This document shows positions 59,226 through 64,000 of a stretch of 64,000 nucleotides of DNA, in pieces. The notes beneath the pieces are model-generated. The model searched no databases. It saw only the letters and a program-made list of their open reading frames with translations, and was not told the origin of the DNA. Every line of letters begins with the position of its first letter. Position 1 is the stretch's first letter. The stretch is from Gammaproteobacteria bacterium (GTDB lineage Bacteria > Pseudomonadota > Gammaproteobacteria > Eutrophobiales > Eutrophobiaceae). The position numbers were made by a program, and so were the translations under genes. Location of the stretch: NCBI GenBank assembly GCA_965116495.1, contig OZ220696.1:1664001-1728000 (forward strand), in the 5' to 3' direction.

Positions 59226-61331
59226 CTAGCTGGTGTTTCTTTTCGAGATTACATCCGCAATGCCGGGTGGAACAGGCGTGTATTTCGCGAACTCCATCGT
59301 GTAAGTGGCGCGTCCCTGGGTGGCAGAACGCAAGGCGGTTGCATAACCGAACATCTGTTCCAGCGGCACTTCCGCCTTGATAACCTTCCCGGCCGGGGAA
59401 GTCATGGTTTCCGACAAAATGCCGCGGCGCCGGCTCAAATCACCTGTAACCGAACCCAGGTAGTCTTCCGGCGTCACAACTTCCACGCTCATGACCGGTT
59501 CCAGCAGGGTCGGCGCGGCGCGGCCGGCGCCATCCCTGAAGCCTATGGATCCCGCTATCTTGAAGGCCATTTCGCTGGAATCCACTTCATGGTAGGAACC
59601 GTCGTACAGGGTTACCTTCACGTCCACCATCGGGTAACCGGCTATGACACCGTTCTCCATTTGTTCCTGTATGCCCTTGTTTACTGCCGGAATATAGTCT
59701 TTGGGTACGGCGCCGCCTACGATCTTGTTAATGAACTCATAGCCGTGCCCGGGTTCCTGCGGCTCGATTTTCAATATCACGTGGCCGTACTGGCCGCGTC
59801 CCCCGGTTTGACGTACAAACCTGCCTTCCGCCTTCTCCACCGGTTTTCTTATGGTTTCGCGGTAGGCTACCTGCGGCCTGCCGACGCTGGCGTCGACCTT
59901 GAATTCCCGTTTCAACCGGTCCACGATTATCTCCAGGTGTAGTTCACCCATTCCCGAGATGATGGTCTGCCCCGACTCGTCGTCGGTATGCACCCGAAAA
60001 GAGGGATCTTCCTGCGCCAGTTTACCCAGGGCCATACCCATTTTTTCCTGGTCGGGCCTGGTTTTCGGTTCAACCGCGATAGAAATGACAGGATCAGGAA
60101 ATTCCATTTTTTCCAGGATGATGGCTTGATTCGCGGCACACAGGGTATCACCCGTCGTGACGTCCTTGAGGCCCACCGCAGCGGCTATGTCCCCCGCCCT
60201 GACCTCGTTAATTTCTTCCCGTGAATTGGCGTGCATCTGTAAAATCCGTCCGATCCGCTCTTTCTTGCCTCTCACCGAGTTCAGGACCATGTCGCCGGAA
60301 CCGAGCACGCCGGAATAGACCCGGAAAAAAGTCAATGACCCGACGAACGGGTCAGTAGCTATCTTGAACGCCAGCGCCGCGAACGGCGCGCTATCGGTGG
60401 ATTCGCGGGAAACTTCAGTTTCGGCAGCATTCGTGAGCGAGCCTTTTACGGCCGGGACGTCAACAGGTGCGGGGAGGTAGTCAATGACAGCATCCAGCAT
60501 ACACTGGACGCCCTTGTTCTTGAATGCCGAACCACACAGTACCGGCACGATCTCGTTGGTGAGGGTCCTTGCCCGTATCCCGTGTTTTATTTGCTGTTCC
60601 GACAAATCCCCTTCTTCCAGGTACAACTCCATCAGTTCCTCGTCAGACTCAGCGGCAGCTTCCACTACGTGTTCACGGGCCTCCCGGCAGGCACTCAGCA
60701 TGTCCTCCGGGATATCCCGTTCGTTAAACTTCATCCCCATACTCGAATCATCCCAGTAAATCGCCTTGCCCCGGACCAGGTCGACAATGCCCTGGAACCT
60801 GTGTTCCGTCCCGATCGGGAGTTGTAAAGGGACGGCCGTGCTGCCGAGACGTTCTCTTATCTGGTTGACGACCCTGGGAAAATCCGCGCCCGAACGATCC
60901 ATCTTGTTGACGAAGGCCACCCTGGGGACGTTATATTTGCTGGCCTGGCGCCATACGGTTTCCGACTGCGGCTCTACGCCGCCGACGGCACAAAAAACCG
61001 CGCAGGCCCCGTCCAGCACCCTGAGAGACCTTTCAACTTCAATGGTGAAATCCACATGCCCCGGCGTATCGATAATATTGATCCTGTGTTCCCGGTACTG
61101 GCCTGCCATGCCTTTCCAGAAACAAGTGGTCGCCGCTGATGTGATCGTAATGCCACGTTCCTGCTCCTGTTCCATCCAGTCCATAGTGGCAGCACCGTCA
61201 TGCACTTCGCCCAGCTTATGGGAAACCCCGGTGTAGTACAGGATGCGCTCCGTGGTCGTCGTCTTACCTGCATCGATGTGCGCCATGATGCCGATATTAC
61301 GATAACGTTCGATGGGGATACTACGCGCCAT
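59226..61331 (-). CDS. fusA: Elongation factor G
   Basis: [30 protein letters not shown]. Confidence 0.98.
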   Translation of the reverse strand: MARSIPIERYRNIGIMAHIDAGKTTTTERILYYTGVSHKLGEVHDGAATMDWMEQEQERGITITSAATTCFWKGMAGQYREHRINIIDTPGHVDFTIEVERSLRVLDGACAVFCAVGGVEPQSETVWRQASKYNVPRVAFVNKMDRSGADFPRVVNQIRERLGSTAVPLQLPIGTEHRFQGIVDLVRGKAIYWDDSSMGMKFNERDIPEDMLSACREAREHVVEAAAESDEELMELYLEEGDLSEQQIKHGIRARTLTNEIVPVLCGSAFKNKGVQCMLDAVIDYLPAPVDVPAVKGSLTNAAETEVSRESTDSAPFAALAFKIATDPFVGSLTFFRVYSGVLGSGDMVLNSVRGKKERIGRILQMHANSREEINEVRAGDIAAAVGLKDVTTGDTLCAANQAIILEKMEFPDPVISIAVEPKTRPDQEKMGMALGKLAQEDPSFRVHTDDESGQTIISGMGELHLEIIVDRLKREFKVDASVGRPQVAYRETIRKPVEKAEGRFVRQTGGRGQYGHVILKIEPQEPGHGYEFINKIVGGAVPKDYIPAVNKGIQEQMENGVIAGYPMVDVKVTLYDGSYHEVDSSEMAFKIAGSIGFRDGAGRAAPTLLEPVMSVEVVTPEDYLGSVTGDLSRRRGILSETMTSPAGKVIKAEVPLEQMFGYATALRSATQGRATYTMEFAKYTPVPPGIADVISKRNTS

Positions 61332-61356
61332 GGCCTGTTGACTCCTGTTCCTGCTC

Positions 61357-61827
61357 CTACCACCGGTAATGGGAAAAGGCCTTGTTGGCCTCAGCCATCT
61401 TGTGGGTGTCTTCCCGTTTCTTTATCGCAGTCCCTTTGTTGTCCGAAGCATCCATAATCTCGCCCGCAAGACGCAAGCCCATACTCTTCTCGCCCCGTCT
61501 CTTGGACGCATCGACCAGCCAGCGCATCGCCAGGGTCATACTGCGCTCGGAACGCACTTCGATCGGTATCTGGTAGGTAGCGCCGCCAACCCGTCTGGAT
61601 TTCACCTCAACGATGGGCTTTACATTATCCAGCGCCTGTATGAATACCTCCAGGGAATCCGTTTTTTTTCTGCTGCCGATTTGATCCAGGGCGCCATAGA
61701 CTATTTTTTCCGCGATGGATTTCTTGCCGCTGCGCATGACCATATTAATAAACTTCGCCAGTACCTGGTTGTGGTATTTCGGATCCGGCAGTATCTCCCT
61801 TTTCTCGGCTTCTCTTCTTCTGGACAT
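61357..61827 (-). CDS. rpsG: 30S ribosomal protein S7
   Basis: [18 protein letters not shown]. Confidence 0.98.
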   Translation of the reverse strand: MSRRREAEKREILPDPKYHNQVLAKFINMVMRSGKKSIAEKIVYGALDQIGSRKKTDSLEVFIQALDNVKPIVEVKSRRVGGATYQIPIEVRSERSMTLAMRWLVDASKRRGEKSMGLRLAGEIMDASDNKGTAIKKREDTHKMAEANKAFSHYRW

Positions 61828-61847
61828 GGCGCTTCTCTTGATCCGTA

Positions 61848-62222
61848 TTACGACTTGGGTTTCTTGGCCCCGTACTTGGAACGCCGCTGGCGCCGGTCAG
61901 CCACTCCCGACGTATCCAGGGTGCCTCTCACCGTATGGTAGCGCACGCCGGGCAGGTCCTTTACCCTGCCGCCCCGGATCAGGATGACGGAGTGTTCCTG
62001 CAGGTTATGCCCCTCTCCGCCAATATAGGTGGTGACTTCATGACCGTTGGTCAGTCGCACCCTGGCAACTTTGCGCAGGGCGGAGTTGGGTTTCTTCGGC
62101 GTGGTGGTGTAGACGCGGGTACACACCCCACGCTTCTGTGGACAACTGTCCAGGGCAGGGACGTTACTTTTTGCCCTTTGCCGTTTTCTCGGCTTGCGCA
62201 CCAACTGGCTGACTGTAGTCAT
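61848..62222 (-). CDS. rpsL: 30S ribosomal protein S12
   Basis: [23 protein letters not shown]. Confidence 0.98.
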   Translation of the reverse strand: MTTVSQLVRKPRKRQRAKSNVPALDSCPQKRGVCTRVYTTTPKKPNSALRKVARVRLTNGHEVTTYIGGEGHNLQEHSVILIRGGRVKDLPGVRYHTVRGTLDTSGVADRRQRRSKYGAKKPKS

Positions 62223-62464
62223 AAATATACTTTAGCAATATCCGGTTAGTTCAACCCTGTTTCATTCGGGGTTTTAGCGGCACAGGGGAACGGCGCGATC
62301 CGGCGCTCCTCAAACACGCATACTGGTTGATTAAAATAAAAAAACAACCACTACAACGGTCGTTTTTGGCCCTTGAAAGGAAGGCTGGAACCTCGTGTCC
62401 AAAACCCTCCCAAAAAGAAGCGGGATTATATTTCGTTAAGGATTACAATGTCAAGCAGAAAAGT

Positions 62465-62548
62465 ATATTTGGGGTCAGAGTAAAAATACGGTTGGCTGGG
62501 AGCTAATGCTGACGTGTTGTCGAGTATTTTTACTCTGACCCCAAATAT
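62465..62548. repeat. Family B MITE/REP-like element with perfect 25-bp terminal inverted repeats
   Basis: atatttggggtcagagtaaaaatac ... gtatttttactctgaccccaaatat. Confidence 0.85.
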
Positions 62549-62580
62549 GCCGCGCAACAGCGTATGCCTGCGCCACGCCA

Positions 62581-64000
62581 TCAGACCTGATCTACCCTGG
62601 CAATCTCCACCGGTTCTTCCCGGGCCGGCGCCAGAATGATTACCTCATTCTCGCTGTCTGAATCCTCATCCGTCGCGGTATCGTCCTTGATGCCTTCCTG
62701 CACCGCCAAGTCATCCTCAGCGCGTTTCTTCCTGCGTTCGGTATGGTACGCCAACCCGGTTCCGGCCGGCACCAGGCGTCCGACGATGACATTCTCCTTC
62801 AGTCCGCGCAGGTCATCCCGTTTGCCGTTGACGCTGGCTTCGGTCAGTACCCGGGTAGTTTCCTGGAACGACGCAGCCGAGATAAACGATTCCGTAGACA
62901 GTGACGCCTTGGTGATGCCCAGCAACACGGGTTCCCATTGCGCCTCGATCTTGCCATTCTCGAGCAGGCGCTCGTTATCTTCCATGACCTTGGCCTTCTC
63001 GGCCTGTTCACCCCTCAGGAACACGGAGTCGCCCGGATCCGATACCTCCACCTTACGCAACATCTGCCTGACGATGACTTCGATGTGCTTGTCGTTTATC
63101 TTCACACCCTGTAAGCGATAGACTTCCTGGATTTCATTCACGATGTAATTCGAAAGCGCATGCACCCCCATCAACCTGAGGATATCATGGGGAGTGGGCG
63201 GACCATCCACTACGGCCTCGCCTTTTTCCACGTGTTCTCCCTCGAAAACGTTGATATGGCGCCATTTCGGGATGAGCAGTTCATGATTCTCCCCGTTTCG
63301 GTCGGTAATTACCAGGCGTTGTTTGCCTTTGGTGTCCTTGCCGAAGCTTATGGTACCGGTTTCTTCCGCCAGAATTCCCGGTTCCTTGGGCTTTCTTGCT
63401 TCGAACAAATCTGCAACCCTGGGTAGGCCTCCCGTGATATCACGGGTTTTCAGGGATTCCTGCGGCATCTTGGCAATGACGTCTCCCACTTTGACCTCGG
63501 TGCCTTCACGAACGGTAACCAATGCCTTCGGCGGCAATGGATAATGCGCGGGGATAGTCGTTTCAGGCAAGGTCAACTGGACTCCGTCACCATCCACCAG
63601 TATGACGACCGGGCGCATTTCCTTTGCATCACTGCCGCGTTCCTTCGGGTCCATGATCATCATGTTGGTCAGTCCGGTTATCTCATCCACATGACGCATT
63701 ACCGTCTTACCCTCAACGATATCAGCGAACTGGACATGACCCGCAACTTCGGATATGACCGGGTGCGTATGCGGGTCCCACTCAGCGATTTTCGTGCCGG
63801 GTTCGACCGTAGCGCCGTCATGCACCGTCAATACGGCACCGTAAGGGAGTTTATAACGTTCCCTCTCCCTGCCAACCTCGTCCAGCAGCGACACTTCCCC
63901 GGAGCGCGATACGACAACAATGTTGCCGCTCTCCTGCTCCAGTGGCTTGACATTATCCAGGCGCACCTTGCCGCCGTATTTCACGTCTATGCTGCTGATC
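62581..64000 (-). CDS. rpoC: RNA polymerase beta' subunit (3' part; runs off the window)
   Basis: [46 protein letters not shown]. Confidence 0.98.
   Translation of the reverse strand, partial: ISSIDVKYGGKVRLDNVKPLEQESGNIVVVSRSGEVSLLDEVGRERERYKLPYGAVLTVHDGATVEPGTKIAEWDPHTHPVISEVAGHVQFADIVEGKTVMRHVDEITGLTNMMIMDPKERGSDAKEMRPVVILVDGDGVQLTLPETTIPAHYPLPPKALVTVREGTEVKVGDVIAKMPQESLKTRDITGGLPRVADLFEARKPKEPGILAEETGTISFGKDTKGKQRLVITDRNGENHELLIPKWRHINVFEGEHVEKGEAVVDGPPTPHDILRLMGVHALSNYIVNEIQEVYRLQGVKINDKHIEVIVRQMLRKVEVSDPGDSVFLRGEQAEKAKVMEDNERLLENGKIEAQWEPVLLGITKASLSTESFISAASFQETTRVLTEASVNGKRDDLRGLKENVIVGRLVPAGTGLAYHTERRKKRAEDDLAVQEGIKDDTATDEDSDSENEVIILAPAREEPVEIARVDQV

Noticed and set aside
59094-59942. 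282-aa plus-strand ORF where tuf might be sought
   Set aside because: Antisense to fusA/rpsJ; no GTPase motifs

Overview
Chromosomal segment of a gammaproteobacterium; a marine, possibly host-associated C1/alcohol user is an inference only. 1-17.5 kb: a TonB receptor and a cofactor supercluster (Moco moaACDE/moeA/mobAB/fdhD, PQQ pqqB plus pqqCDE, H4MPT/methanofuran genes orf20/orf19/mfnB, pcbD, folP). 18.8-22.5 kb: a toxin-antitoxin island bounded by a perfect 30-bp direct repeat and containing a 375-bp internal duplication. 22.5-31 kb: a porin, a tungsten aldehyde oxidoreductase operon (aorABC, a MoaD paralog and a GGG-terminated small protein) and divergent PedA1/PedA2-like genes ending at IS remnants. 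31-40 kb: a kynurenine-catabolic island (LysR, kynU, TonB receptor, ASPDH-like protein, BASS transporter, deleted nbaC, ACMSD) between prmB and htpG relics. Then tRNA-Thr, tmRNA, an orphan Rieske dioxygenase and the alpha/spc/S10/str ribosomal cluster, which lacks tuf, up to the 3' part of rpoC. Several REP/MITE-like palindrome families are scattered throughout. The best candidate for an undescribed system is the kynurenine import/catabolism operon with its non-canonical aspartate-dehydrogenase-like enzyme. All product calls come from reading motifs; no database searches were run.
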